Positions 1 to 13,944 are shown, counted from the stretch's first letter. The stretch: 57,851 bases of DNA from Octopus sinensis (GCF_006345805.1 NW_021835267.1:1-57851); one strand, 5' to 3'. The notes: a model not told the origin generated them from the sequence alone. Numbers and translations are program-made.

Positions 1-118
1 ATATATATATATATATGTTTGCATGTACGTTATGTCATCATCAAAGTAAGGTTTTACCTCGCCTGTTTCTGCTTGTTTAAAATTTACCTGGAAATTTTGC
101 ATTACTTGCGATCATGTA

Positions 119-167
119 AATCTATGAGTACCTCAATATAATTCTACCGAAACAGCTGTCGTAGATT
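119..167 (+). ncRNA. Degenerate hammerhead ribozyme relic (3' half intact, CUGAUGA core partly deleted)
   Basis: GAAAC-AGCT-GTC at 149-160 (palindromic stem III ACAGCTGT, GUC triplet); TAGATT (162-167) pairs with AATCTA (119-124); only 'TGAG' of the core remains. Confidence 0.4.
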
Positions 168-534
168 CTTCCCCTATTTTTGTTCTTTTTATGCCTACAC
201 CCACATAGAAGCAATCCGGTGTCCGATCTACGATTTCAGTCGGATTTGCTACTACTTACACATCCATATATCCGCAGTGTATTACTGTTGTTTCACCTCG
301 CTGTGAATGTTATGTTATAATTCCTAACCAGCTCTGGCGCCCTACGTGTTGATACGCCTTGATTCTAATGTTTTTCCAAAATGGAGGCGAACACCTTCCT
401 CCATATGATCGGCTTGAAAAAAACTGTTGAGGCTCTAGGATATATTCCTACTTTCCTTAACATGAAACCGATGGTAGACTTAATTCACAAATTTATATTC
501 GCCGTGCTAACGTTTTTGCCATTAGTTCGCTTTA

Positions 535-1130
535 AACATACACATACACACACATACACATACGTACACATATACACACACATACACACATACATATACA
601 TACACAGCATACACACACAATGACAGACATATACACACATACATACACACACAATGACAGACATATACACACATACATACACACACATGCACATGCATAC
701 ACATATACGCATACACACATATGCATACATATACACACACACATACACACAATCACATAGACATACACACACATACATACAAACAGACACACATGCACAC
801 ACATACACATACTTACACATACATGCATATGCACACACATACACATACTTACACATACATGCATATGCACACACATACACACACACACACACGTACACAC
901 ATACATATATACACATATACACCCACCCACATGCACACACACATACACACACAAACACACACAGATACACACTCATACACATGCATGCAAATGCATACAC
1001 AATATTCACACACACACACACGCATACACACACATAAATGTATGCATGCACGTGAGCATCATACGAATGTATATGTATATTTATACACGTACATGCACAC
1101 GTATGCGCACATTAATTTTCATATACAAAA
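535..1130. repeat. Cryptic (CA)n/(CATA)n microsatellite with an internal 36-bp duplication
   Basis: Alternating purine/pyrimidine tract; GCACACACATACACATACTTACACATACATGCATAT occurs twice from ~795. Confidence 0.95.
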
Positions 1131-1688
1131 CGTGATGAAATTAGACTCTTTTATGCGTAACATATAGAAAAAACAACCACAAAAAAACATAAGTCAAAGA
1201 TATAACATTCTTCAGTTTATGACATAAACTACGTATCTCACCGCACACAACTGGAATCAAAGTCTGTATTGATATGCAAATACATGTATGTACACAAAGA
1301 CGCACAGATACATTAAAACACTCACAAATATGGCGCAGTGTTGTGATGGCACTTAAAAGGCATTAATGTTGTTAAGCGTGAATAGAATCTCCGTAATTAC
1401 AGCAAGAATGTCCCACTGAGCTTCGGGATAATAATCTTTGAACGCACTCACACAATCACACGATTACAGGTTTCCATTAGCAACGCAATTTAATTATACG
1501 CATGCGCACTGTACTGCAATCATATATAGATATATCTATATATATAATTATATATATATATATATATATATAGTGTGTGTGTGTGGTGTGTGTGTGTATG
1601 TATATATATATCACGTGATCATGTGACAGACCAGAGTATCAGATGTTACACGTACACACACACATGCACATACACATATATATATCGC

Positions 1689-2053
1689 GGCACTCCGTCG
1701 GTTACGACGATGAATGTTCCAGCTGATCCGATGAACGAAACAACCTACTCGTAAAATTAACATCCAAGTGGTTGAGCACCCCTCAGACACGTGTACCCTT
1801 AACGTAGTTCTCGGGGAGATTCAGCGTGGCACAGTGTGTGACATGGCTGGCCGCTCTGAAATACAGGTACACACAGAAACAGAAGAAAGATTGAGAGAAA
1901 GTTGCGGTGAAAGAGTATAGCAGGGTTCGCCATCATCCCCTGCCGGAGCATCGTGGAGCTTTAGGTGTTTTCTCTCAATAATCACTCACAATGCCCGGTC
2001 TGTGAGTCGAGACCACGCGTCTGTTGTCCTAACCACTGGGCCATTGCGCGTCC
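1689..2053 (-). mobile_element. tRNA-derived SINE, family A (head GGCGCAATGGCCCAGTGGTTAG..., tail ...CGTAACCGACGGAGTGC)
   Basis: Colinear with copies at 3185-3567 and 16700-17002; Pol III A-box TGGCCCAGTGG on the minus strand. Confidence 0.85.
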
Positions 2054-3184
2054 ACACATATGTATTTATATATAACCAATAAGAAATAATAAAAGGATCT
2101 CCGTTGGTTGTGATGATGATGATTTAGTTGTTCGATCCATTAAACTAACTGCTCATTGATTTGTGTTTAAGTTGTGTAATTCACACACAAGCATTCCATC
2201 CACAGTGGATGGCATGGCTGAACCTTTTGTGTTAATCCATTTGAGGATTATATCACACACACACACACACGCTCTTTACTTAATGACTCCTTATAGTCCT
2301 TTGTTGCTTCCGTCGAAAAAGAAGTCAGCTTTCCCTTTCGAGCAATTCTGACGCTGAGGTGACATGTACCCTTTTTCTCACTTATTATTTCAGATGCCTG
2401 TGTAGTCGCGAGCAGACATTGAGACTCATTCAGCCCCCCCCCCCATCCCATCAAAAGCCGAGCGCAGCACCCACGATGTGACTCGCAACACTTAGAAGCC
2501 GAGAAGCCAACAGCAGCAACCAAGTGGAACGTTTTTACAGTTGAGTAGAGTGGAACAACATGAAACGAAGTTCATGACCACATAGCACTGCTCTGTCTTC
2601 GATTCGAAATCACGTCCTTATGGATCATAGCCGGAACATCTCTAAACATCTCGTCCAGATATTGCTAGGGATGTAACACAATATAGAAAACGCTGCGGTT
2701 TTACGTGTGTATGTGTGTATGAAACTATATGTTTATATCTATGTATCTGTTAATGTGTGTGCTTGAGTGTGCGTGTGTGAATATCTATGTCATTAAACCA
2801 CAGAGATTTATTAAAGCGCTGTAATTCTTTCCATTCGTATTTCTATGCTTTTATCCGTGCAATTAACTTTGCAATTAACAGCCTCATTAGAAGACACAGC
2901 CCCCAAGTGAAATGTAGAAAATTATGAAATACTGCTCAAGAATTTAGTGAACGCAGAATAACAAGTAATTACATAGAATTTGTAAAAATACGTTACAGTG
3001 TCCTAAGAAACGGTTAATTCAGGCATTTCGTGTTGGGCCCAGCTGCAAAATTGTTGTTTGAAAAGGAAGGGGAAATATGATGATGAGCTTTCTACGACAC
3101 ACGAATAAATAATTGGGAATTGTTTGTGACTAATTTTTGCCGCTGGTTTTCTCGGCTTCTGATTTTACCTGATAGTGGATGGAA

Positions 3185-3567
3185 GCACTCCGTCGGTTAC
3201 GACGATGAGGGTTCCGGTTGATCCGAAACAACGGAACAGCCTGCTCGTGAAATTAACGTGTAAGTGGCTGAGCACTCCACAGACACGTGCACCCTTAACG
3301 TAGTTCTCGGGGATATTCAGCGTGACACAGAGAGTGACAAAGCCGGCCCCTTGAAATACAGGTACAACAGAAACAGGCAGGAAGTAAGAGTGAGAGAAAG
3401 TTGTGGTGAAAGAGTACAGCAGGGCTCACCACCATCCCCTGCCGGAGCCTCGTGGAGCTTTTAGGTGTTTTCGCTCAATAAACACTCACAACGCCCGGTC
3501 TGGGAATCGAAACCGCGATCCTATGACCGCGAGTCCGCTGCCCTTAACCACTGGGCCATTGCGCCTC
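3185..3567 (-). mobile_element. tRNA-derived SINE, family A, full length with TSD
   Basis: Minus strand reads GGCGCAATGGCCCAGTGGTTAAGGGCAGCGGACTCGCGGTC...GGTTTCGATTCCC (A and B boxes); direct repeat TACCTGATAGT at 3166-3176 and 3568-3578. Confidence 0.9.
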
Positions 3568-3596
3568 TACCTGATAGTATTAATATGCAAGAACAA

Positions 3597-3805
3597 GGCG
3601 GCGAGCTGGAAGAATCGTTACCGCGTCGGGAAAAATGCTTAGCTGCCTTCCACCCGTCTTTACATTCTGAGTTCAAATTCAGTCGAGGTCGACTTTACCT
3701 TTCATCCTTTTCTGGTTGATAAAATAAGTACCAGTGCGGTACTGTGTCGATGTAATAGATTTCCCCCTCTGTTAAAATAGCTCGTCTTGTGCTAAAATTT
3801 GAAAG
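3597..3805 (+). mobile_element. SINE family B (head GGCGGCGAGCTGG..., central GTCGACTTTGCCTTTCATCCTTTCGGGGTCGATAAA domain, Meta/MESC-like)
   Basis: Homologous to many other copies in the window; the Meta/MESC-like label is from memory of the domain consensus. Confidence 0.8.
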
Positions 3806-3841
3806 AATTTTTAATATATACCTTCAGGTATATAATGTGTG

Positions 3842-3886
<45 letters not shown>

Positions 3887-3888
<2 letters not shown>

Positions 3889-4453
3889 CCACATATATAC
3901 ACACATATATACGATGGGTTTCTTTCGGTTTCCGACTATCAAATTCACTCACAAGGCTTTCGTCGGTCCGAGGCCATAGTAGAAGACACTTGTCCAAGTT
4001 GCCACGTGTCGGGACTGAACCTCAAGGCACGGGGCTGGGAAGCAAGCTTCTTACCACACAGCCATCTCGAAAACATATAAAATTTAAGTCAACCAAATTT
4101 GTCTTCTGACATGCATTCCCGTTAGAAAGTCATAACTACATAATTTTTCAATCTAACATGTATTCTGAGTAGTAACTTGGAATAATAATTTCAAAGTATT
4201 GTTGTATTGCTTTAGTTCCTTCGGATGATGGACGGTGCTCATGACTTTTAGAGTTCCCCTGAGTTTGATCAGATTGATGCATTTGTTGTTCAGTTTCGAC
4301 GAATCTATAGCCACGACTGCAGTGAAATGATGAAGGGAAAAGCTATTTCAGTGTTGGTGTTCATGGGAGGAAAGGAAGGACGCAACATTGTGGTCAGTAC
4401 AAAGCATTGGTAATGAGTTGCGCCACTGATGCATGTGAACAGAAAAGAATGTA

Positions 4454-4510
<57 letters not shown>

Positions 4511-5080
4511 ATACCCCACATATATACACACATATATACGATGGGTTCTTTCGGTTTCCGACTATCAAATTCACTCACAAGGCTTTCGTCGGTCCGAGGC
4601 CATAGTAGAAGACACTTGTCCAAGTTGCCACGTGTCGGGACTGAACCTCAAGGCACGGGGCTGGGAAGCAAGCTTCTTACCACACAGCCATCTCGAAAAC
4701 ATATAAAATTTAAGTCAACCAAATTTGTCTTCTGACATGCATTCCCGTTAGAAAGTCATAACTACATAATTTTTCAATCTAACATGTATTCTGAGTAGTA
4801 ACTTGGAATAATAATTTCAAAGTATTGTTGTATTGCTTTAGTTCCTTCGGATGATGGACGGTGCTCATGACTTTTAGAGTTCCCCTGAGTTGATCAGATT
4901 GATGCATTTGTTGTTCAGTTTCGACGAATCTATAGCCACGACTGCAGTGAAATGATGAAGGGAAAAGCTATTTCAGTGTTGGTGTTCATGGGAGGAAAGG
5001 AAGGACGCAACATTGTGGTCAGTACAAAGCATTGGTAATGAGTTGCGCCACTGATGCATGTGAACAGAAAAGAATGTAGA
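3887..5080. repeat. Near-identical tandem duplication, period ~625-627 bp, with (TA)n at each junction; each unit contains the 5' half of a family C SINE (-)
   Basis: 3887-4455 matches 4514-5080 apart from two single-base T-run indels seen by eye; the ORF track repeats identical peptides. Confidence 0.95.
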
Positions 5081-5121
<41 letters not shown>

Positions 5122-6239
5122 GTGTGTGTGTGTGTGTGTGTGTGCGTGTTTGTGTAGGCGCAATGGCCCAGTGGTTAGGGCAGCGGACTCACTTTGCATT
5201 TTATTCTTTCGGTGACGATAAGTACCAGCTGAATATTGGTGTCAATGAAATGGACTTATTTCTTGCCCTGAAATTGCTGGCCTTGTGCCAAAATTTGAAA
5301 CTAACAAGTCTCGACCCCGAATAAATGAAAGCAAAAAAATAAAATGGTTACATCTGTGGGGCTCGAACCAAGAGCCTAGTGAGCCGGAACGAAGAACTCA
5401 GAGCATGCCATGCGACACTTAAATGATTCGGCCATTTTGAGGCTTCAAGAGAAATTAATGGAAGACGTAGAATTTGGAAGGAGACAGCAGCGTAAGTGAT
5501 GAGTCCAAAACCGCGTCGCTATTGCTTTGATGAAGAAGAGAATTAATTGTGGAGAATTGTATAACTGATTTCTAATATTGGCTTGAGGTCAGAAATTCGG
5601 CGGAAGGGCGAATTTATTTCAACTGACTTCAATAAAACATTGACTTAAGACCACGAATTTTGAAAGAGGGCATATTTGTTTAAATCGACTCAAATACAAC
5701 ATTTGGCTCCTCGTCAAATTCGGAGGGAGGGCATAATAGTTGAAATCGAAACCAATACAACCTTGGCTGCATGCCACGATTTCTGAGGGAGCATATATTT
5801 ACTTAAATCAACATCAATACCTGACTGGTACATAAATTTGTTTATCCGGTGAGGAAGAAAAGTAAAATCGATGCCTGCGATTTGCAGTCTTCTTCTCGCA
5901 TATAGCATAATTCGGTGTCAAATGCAATTGGCATTTATAACCAGATTCTTGTAAGTTTTGTTGCTGAAATCCCGAAATCTGAAATATCCGAATAAACACA
6001 ATCATATACAGATTTACTCCCAAAACTTTAATGCTTTCTTTCATATTCAAACGTTAATAAATTTTATTATATTAGATTAAAGATGATTTCAAATTCCACT
6101 GAGGTCTGCTTTACCCTTCATTCTTTCGGGTTTAATAAAATAAATACTTGTCAAACGTAAACAGCTTAACCCCCACCCGCTTCAAAAACTGATGGGTTAT
6201 GGCCATAAATTGAAGCCATTACGTTAGAGAAAAACATTT

Positions 6240-6658
6240 GCTTTTAATGTCTGATCGAGCAAACCCACGATGCAAGGCTGTCTAACCGTGACTGTCCAAC
6301 CTTTTCCTATTTGTCAGAAAACAGGGAACCTCTAGTCGAATGTGTCCTTAATAAGTCGGTCGGGTGTGATTTGAAGGTGGTTTGACTGTTATTTCTAGCA
6401 GGTCAAGTGACAAAATAGATTCCCTCCTCTTGGCTTATAATAATTGCTTTTAATGTCTGATCGAGCAAACGCACGATGCGACGCCGTCTAACCGTGACTA
6501 TCCAACCTTATTTCTATTAGCTAGAAAATAAAGAACCACTTGTCGAACGTATCCTTAATAAGTCAGCTGGGTGTGATTTGAAAGAGGTTTGACTGCTATT
6601 TCTAACCGGTCGAGTGACAAAATAGATGCCCTCTTCTTGTTGGCTTATAATATTTGCT
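6240..6658. repeat. Diverged ~206-bp tandem duplication
   Basis: Both units start GCTTTTAATGTCTGATCGAGCAAAC (6240, 6446) and end ...GTGACAAAATAGAT...TTGGCTTATAATA. Confidence 0.9.
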
Positions 6659-7240
6659 TTGTTACATTCTTGTGAATTATTGATAATCAATGAAAACAAT
6701 GTTTTTATGGATGGGTTGGTCTTGGCCCTGAAAAGAAATAGAAGTTAGCAAAGGTTTGCGGTAATCTCGTATGAACGAGACTATTATACTGGACATTACT
6801 GAAACCTTTAAATCTTATTTGATTTACAATGTTATTTGGCAACAATAACAGTGCTTGTAACCAACCAATCGAACTTCATCAAAAAATGATGCAGTGTCGA
6901 GACGCTTCATCAATTTTATATTCATCATTCGTTATAACACAGACACAGTTTTCTCTTGCTCGTATATGAATATCGACATGTTAGTATCAAATGTAGAGAA
7001 GATTGACCTTTTTTGTCAAGTAAGAGCACTATTTGATATCTTTGTTCTTGAGAAAGATTAAAGTATATAACTTACTTTTTATCTTCTCGCCGTGGTTATT
7101 TGACCTGACCTCATGCAAATCTTCTGTTGCACATTGATTCAAAGTCACACACGCATACACGCACACACGATTTATTCTGTGTATTTGCGGATCATATAAG
7201 TGCATAAATCTGTATGTACATACACAGTGTATGTGTGTGC

Positions 7241-7278
<38 letters not shown>

Positions 7279-7298
7279 TGTTTTTCTCTCTCACTCTG

Positions 7299-7329
<31 letters not shown>

Positions 7330-7777
7330 TTAACCATATACATTATATTTACAAAGATGCGTGTACATTTCCCACACACACATGCACGCACATACACTTA
7401 AATACACACATACACAGACACATGTACACACGAAGAGATATTGGAGTGTGTGTGTGTGTTTGAGTACAATGGAGATAATATTGATTTCTTCCTTAGATAT
7501 AATGCCACAACTTTTGAATGGCGGAAAATGAAATTCCGAGACTATTAAACCATTCTTAAGAACATAAGCAGCAAAAAGTTACTATAAATGTTAGGCGAGG
7601 TCATGTCGTTATCGTAGAATATCGGAGAATATATTTGCTGTATGTGTGTGCTGACAACAGCGTTCGTTGCGGACATTTTGCTTTGTTGCTGTCAGATGTG
7701 TCGCTTTACATTGTGAGTTCGAACGCGAACGACGTCAAATTCTCGTTCTTTTATCTTGGAGTCAATGAAAAAATGGT

Positions 7778-8176
7778 TTCGATTTTTTGGCACAAGGCCA
7801 GCAGTTTCATGGAGAGAGTAAGTCGATTATATCACCTTTATTGCTCAACTGGTACTTGCTTTATCGACCGCCAAATATTGAAAGGCAAAGTCAACATCGT
7901 TGTACTCAGGAGGAGAAGACAGGCGAAATACTGTTAAGCACATCGGCCGGTGTCCTTACGGTTCTTTTCTACTCTAGGCACAAGACCCGAAATTTTGGGG
8001 GAGGAGCAAATCGCTTAGATCGACCTCAGTACGCAACAGGTACTTAATATATCGACCCCGAAAGGATGAAAGGCAAAGTCGAGCACGGCGAAATTTGAAC
8101 TAAGAACGAAAAAACGGAGGAAATACCACTAAGTATTTCGCCCGACATCCTAACGGTTCTGCCGGTTCGCTGCCTT
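7778..8176 (-). mobile_element. SINE family B, dimer-like, inserted into an older family B relic
   Basis: Two Meta-like domains on the minus strand; flanking direct repeat TTGGAGTCAATGAAAwAATGGT at 7756-7777 and 8177-8198. Confidence 0.8.
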
Positions 8177-8249
8177 TTGGAGTCAATGAAATAATGGTGT
8201 GAAATGATGGAACCGATTTATATGTCGCTGTGGTTTCGTGCAAATCTTT

Positions 8250-8633
8250 ATCTGTTATTTTTGACTAGTTTCGCTGCGGGCTGCGGCATGCTTTAGCGCC
8301 GTCGAGTAGGATTCAGACGAACAAAAGATCCTCTATCACACTTTTTAATTTTTAAGGTTGGTACCCATTTACCGGACGTTGGTACCCATTTGCTGAACCA
8401 TTAAGTTACGGGGACGTAAACATGCCAACACCGGTTGTCAACAAACATAGAAAGACACATCTACCCCGTCCCCCACACAATAAATCTCTTTCAGTTTCCG
8501 AGTACCAAATCCGCTCAAAAGGCTTTGGCTGGCTGAGGCTACGGAAGAAAACACTCTCACAAGGTGCCACGTAATGAGACTGAACGCGGAACCATCTGGT
8601 TGGGAAGCAGGCACCTAAACACACTACCACGCC
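8250..8633 (-). mobile_element. SINE family C, diverged
   Basis: Contains AGTTACGGGGACGTAAAC...GTTGTCAA and TTCAGTTTCCG...ACCAAATCC...CAAGGTGCCAC shared with 15372-15778 and 31308-31708. Confidence 0.75.
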
Positions 8634-9469
8634 TTTTGTGATTTCCAAATTCCCGCTGACTTCAGTTTTACCTTTCATAGTTTCAGCTCTGACAGGAATA
8701 TATTAGGTTACCCCATCCACCAGTGATTCTCAACCATTTTAACCTTTGGTTCTTATATTCCTAGGGTGGACCCTCTTAACCCTTTCGCGTTGAAAAGAAT
8801 CTTATATTTTTATCAGTAAATATCATAAGGAATTGCATGAAAAAAATTGTTTTTATTGCCTGTGTATTGTAGAAGAACAACCGATTTATTGCAAATGAAT
8901 TTTAACACGAAATTCTTATATAGAACCCATTTCAGAACTATTGGTTTAAAGCATCTACCAAAGTTGATGGTTATTGCCAATGTTAGAATTGTCAATGTTA
9001 GAATTGGCCAATTTTCATCGATTTCGGTTCTAACCAATTTCTAGAGAAGGAATGTTTTCTTTATCAATTCTTCAACATCACCAAAAAATAAAGAAGGAAA
9101 TCTGAATCTGGTTCGCCTTTTAATCTTATTCTGCATAAATCGAAGAACTTAAAAATTCTTAAGATATACAGATCCTTTTCTTTCTTCGACATGTGCCAAG
9201 AGCAAAAGTGAAAGGAAACGGCAACCAGATTATGGCAGCAGCAGCAGTAGTAGTAGTAGTAGTAGCAGAAATAAGTATCATTGTCGTCGTTGTCTCCTTT
9301 TGTTGTTTGTGTTGTCTTTGTTGTTGTTGTCGGTGGTGGAAGTGTTGTTTCTGTTTTATTCCGGGTCAAGTGTCAGAACGAGCAGACACAGGATCAAACA
9401 GGATCTCTTCATAACTATTTTCTCCTTTCATTCCAGGCATCGTGTCTCACAGACTACATTATCCAGTGT

Positions 9470-9731
9470 TTTTTACTCTTTTACTTGTTTCAATCTTTAG
9501 ACTGCGGCCATGCTGGGGCATTGAGTTGAAGAACTTTTTTTTTTAGACAATTGGATCGATGCCTGTTTTTATTAATTTTCAAGCCTGATTCGAATTTCTT
9601 CGGGGTCTTTTGTCAAACTTCTAGCTTGCGGGGACAGAAACACAGCAACACAAGTTGTCAAGCGGTGGTTAGAAATTCATAGTTTCAAACCTTACACCCC
9701 CCACACGCACCACGCACACACATACAACATG

Positions 9732-9795
<64 letters not shown>

Positions 9796-10102
9796 GTGTG
9801 TGTGTATAAGGAAAATAAGGAAAATAGGTCAAGGTAGAAAATGCTAAGATAATTTTATTATAAAAAACATTTTAGTACCGGTTCATTTTCAACCTTCTAC
9901 ACACACACGCACACGCACACACACACATACACACATGTATATACGACGTGCTTCTTTCACTTTTCTTCTATCAATTCGACTCAAGGATTTGGTCGGGAAA
10001 GGGCTATAGTATAAGACACTTGCTCAAGGCACCACGCAGTCAGACCGAACACGGAACCCGGGATCATCTGGCTGGGAAGCGAACTTCTTACCACACAGCC
10101 AT
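9470..10102 (-). mobile_element. SINE family C, diverged, middle expanded by microsatellites and other insertions
   Basis: 3' half at 9470-9668 (TTTTACTTGTTTCAA...GCGGCCATGCTGG) and 5' half at ~9940-10102 (CTTCTTACCACACAGCCA). Confidence 0.75.
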
Positions 10103-10819
10103 GACAGGATCTTAGGCGTATTTAGCTCCTCTTTCTATCAGTTCTAACGAAACCATAAAGACTTCATCATTGACTCTATTAATCCATTTGGATCCACGGC
10201 CGAATGCAGTCGGCTCTGATTATATACTTATGAGCTCGGAAATGGAATAAAATGTCACGATATTCCATTTAATCTTTCATCTTACATATCGCTGGAAATG
10301 AATCCAATATGTTCTGCGAAGTCTACGTAAAAAAACTTTCAACGACAATATATTAAATGGCAATTTCCAAATCGCTATTTCGGCATGACTATTAATTTTA
10401 AGATTTTTCTTTCGTAAATGAATATATAAATGGAAACAGAAATTGAATAATATGACAGGGTTTATATTAAATTTCGGGGTTTAAAAAAATAACGGAACAG
10501 AAGGAAAAATTTTGGTTTCATTTAAAAATAATAAAGTATTTATTAATAATATTGTACATAAAATGTTTATGCGATCGAGGCATTGATGCCATTATGAGGC
10601 CGGATTGCAGATTATATATTAAAATGCATTTTTGTATATTTTCAATGCTTTTTTTTTATACATTAAATAAATTCGATATTAGTTGAAAAATATTACCGAA
10701 AATGAACCGGAAACTTGGAAATATTTATGGAAAATCATAATGTATTGATATAAAAATTAGAAATGAACGCTTTGAAGATCATACATAAGCATGAACCCGG
10801 ATAATTTTAAAATAATGAG

Positions 10820-10821
10820 AG

Positions 10822-10886
<65 letters not shown>

Positions 10887-10998
10887 CATACATACACATT
10901 CACATATATATCTGTATGTATATAATATTATATATATAACTATATAAATATATACATATATACATATATATCTATATATTATATATATATATATATAT

Positions 10999-11029
<31 letters not shown>

Positions 11030-11075
11030 ATATATAATATATATATATATATATTATATATATATATATATATGT
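10820..11075. repeat. (TA)n microsatellite
   Basis: Direct reading. Confidence 0.95.
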
Positions 11076-11916
11076 ATACACACATGCACTATGGGTGTGT
11101 TATGTGTACAGTTAATATAAAATATATTCATGCAAATCCATTGCAGAAGATCAATCCAATAATATTTCATATTTCTATGAATGTGAAATTGGTTATAAAA
11201 TTAATGCTTGAAGATGAAGTGAGAAACAGCAAAATATTTACGAGAAGAAAAAAAAAATAATAAATATGGTTTTTAATATTGCAATTAGAAATTCATAGTT
11301 TCAAACCTTACATAATAATCGCACGAACGGAAGATTAAAACACACACAAACACACACATGCATACATATTTACATACGTATATATTCATATATATACATG
11401 AAATATAAATGGTCAGATATAACTCTCTCTCTCTCTATCTATCACTCAAATATACATAGACATTTGCATATATGCAAATACACACACACACACACACACA
11501 CATATATAGATATATATTTAAACATAAAATACTTATATATATATATATAATGGATATATATATATATGGATATATATGTATGTATATATATATATATGCA
11601 TACATATAGCTCTTTCTGTCCCCGCTCCTCTCTCTCTCTCTCTCATATACATACATGAATTCGTGGATTTGGATTATTGACTCCTCTTTCTAGCAAATGG
11701 GTTTCAATTACCCTACTTCATTTATTTGAATATTTTACCTATATAGATTAAACTTGCTGGCCAATTTTTTTATCATTTATATTTTAATAATGGTAATAAT
11801 ACTTCAACAAAGAGTTGCATTATGGAACTGTCATTTTAACGAGATTTTTTATTTATTTATCACCCGACGAGATACGTCAGCACCGCCGTAAGCTCCTGTA
11901 CCAGTATTTGTGTGTC

Positions 11917-11961
11917 TCACAAGAGGAGTCGATGCTGGATGTGTCGAAACAATTGTTGTGA
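11917..11961 (+). ncRNA. Degenerate hammerhead ribozyme relic
   Basis: TCAC-AAGAGGA-GTCGATGCTGGATGTGTC-GAAAC-AATT-GTT-GTGA: stem I TCAC/GTGA, palindromic stem III ACAATTGT, core mutated (AAGAGGA for CUGANGA), stem II decayed. Confidence 0.45.
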
Positions 11962-12008
11962 TTAATAATAATTCTCGTATATTCCATCTTCTGTTTTATT
12001 TGTTATAT

Positions 12009-12041
<33 letters not shown>

Positions 12042-12302
12042 CGTGATTTCGATTCCCGGCGGCGCACTGTATTCCTGAACAAATGAACAAAATACTTTAT
12101 TTCTCGTTGCTCCAGTCCACTCAGGTGGCAAAAATGAGTTGTAAATGGCACATTCTGTGGCGCGCTAAATCTCCACGAGAACTATGTTAATGGTACATGT
12201 AACTGTGGAGTGCTCAACCACTTGCACGTTAATCTCAGGAGCAGGCTGTCCGCTGATCGGATCAACTGGGACTCTTGTCATCGTCGTAACCAACGGAGTG
12301 CC
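12042..12302 (+). mobile_element. SINE family A variant (CORE-like middle, family A tail)
   Basis: B-box-like TTCGATTCCC, then TTGCTCCAGTCCACTCAG, then tail GAGCAGGCTGT...CGTCGTAACCAACGGAGTGC; similar to 46610-46896. Confidence 0.8.
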
Positions 12303-13264
12303 AGTTTTATGTCTGCCGAACCATTCTCATATATTGTCTGCCTTGGATATTTACAAGAAATAAAACTGAAAAGGTTGCAAGACGCAACGAAAATTTTAGG
12401 AAAATAAAAATAAGAAATAAGTGGAAATTTTACCGGTGAGTGTGTTAAATTATAAGGCACAAAAAGAAAATGACTCTCCCCAGACACAACAGAATATGCT
12501 TCAACGCACGAACTCATATAAAGAATCTTGCAAACCATATCCAAAACGGTTTTGAAATAAAATTTTAAAAATGAGTTTATAATTCTAAGACGATACATCT
12601 GTTACACGACGATCTTATCTAAATGGTATCATCGAGGCATTCAATAGAACTAGTCTTTTGAATCAGAATTGAGGTACTTTTGAAGGAATCTTTGACATCC
12701 TCTATCGAGAAATTAGATTTACCTTTGCCAGTTTTACTGATTAGATTCTCAACATTTACATGAATGTCAATGGAATTTTCCCAGGTAAATTTGATGGTAA
12801 ATTAGTGATACGTCGGACATACGTCGTTCACGGCTCATATCAATGATGGTGTTTATCGGAAAGTCGATTTGAATTGATAATATATTGAGATCATTGATCA
12901 AGAGTGTTAGTCTGAAAATTCTAGTTAATAATTTCTGGTTCAGGTTTTATGCCGCATACCTTTCCACCACAACCCGAAATTGTGTAAATACGGTTGTTGG
13001 ATAATGAAATTAAAACGAAACTTTTTCCTGAAAATATCGATTTAGTTCAGATGTGTCTGAAAAGCGGATCAATTTTGGCAATGCCATTCTGGCGAAACTA
13101 TACTTAGGAAGGAGATTCTTACAATTAATATGTTGGTATAAAGCCAAATATTCTATAATTTTTTGAAAAAAAGTAAGTAAATAAATATAACGGAAAAAAC
13201 CCTCTAAAAACAGCAGATAATGACTTGAAAAAATGATTGAATAAATATATTACTACTACCGTTA

Positions 13265-13460
13265 TACAGCTGTTGCTGCTGCTGATGATGATGATGACGA
13301 TGATCGTGATGATGATGATAGCAACAACCACGAAACCACCGGCAACAGTAACAAGAACAACAACAGTAATATTAACGATGGTTATTATGACGATGATGAT
13401 GATAGTAAAAATAAAAATAGTAGTAATATCAAAAGCGATAAAACAACAATAGCAACAACG

Positions 13461-13518
<58 letters not shown>
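13265..13518. repeat. Trinucleotide repeats (GAT/AAC/AAT)n
   Basis: Direct reading; pure (AAT)n at ~13461-13518. Confidence 0.95.
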
Positions 13519-13519
<1 letters not shown>

Positions 13520-13864
13520 GTTTCCACAAATCTAACGGCTAATTTGCTGATGCTAGGATAAGTAAAAGAATTGCAGTTTGATTTCGAAATTCTTTGTAGA
13601 AGTGAGATTAAAAGACAGAGATGAAGACAAAAACCCCCCCAAAAAAAAAACAAAATAAGAAAAGTAGGCAAACAAATAGAGCGGTAACGATGAAAGGAAG
13701 GAAAAAATGGAAGGAAACAAAACGATGGAAAAACTGTCTTAATTGAACAATTTACTTCACGAAGCCGAAAAAAAAAGGAAAAAAGAAAAAAGTCTATGTA
13801 AACGAAAGAAACTCCCTAATCAAACCTTTATCATCAATAGAACTTCTCAAATTGCAGAATGATA

Positions 13865-13867
<3 letters not shown>

Positions 13868-13904
<37 letters not shown>

Positions 13905-13908
13905 TACA

Positions 13909-13944
<36 letters not shown>

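Noticed and set aside
3490-3567. tRNA-like sequences here and at other SINE heads, including 41841-41914
   Set aside because: A and B boxes are present but the acceptor stems do not close properly and the heads run straight into repeat bodies; these are SINE heads, not tRNA genes.
8720-8790. hAT-like (CAGTGATTCTCAACC) and piggyBac-like (TTAACCCTTTC) termini; similar single ends near 15161, 42742-42754 and 46018-46038
   Set aside because: No matching partner TIR or TSD could be located, so no element could be delimited.
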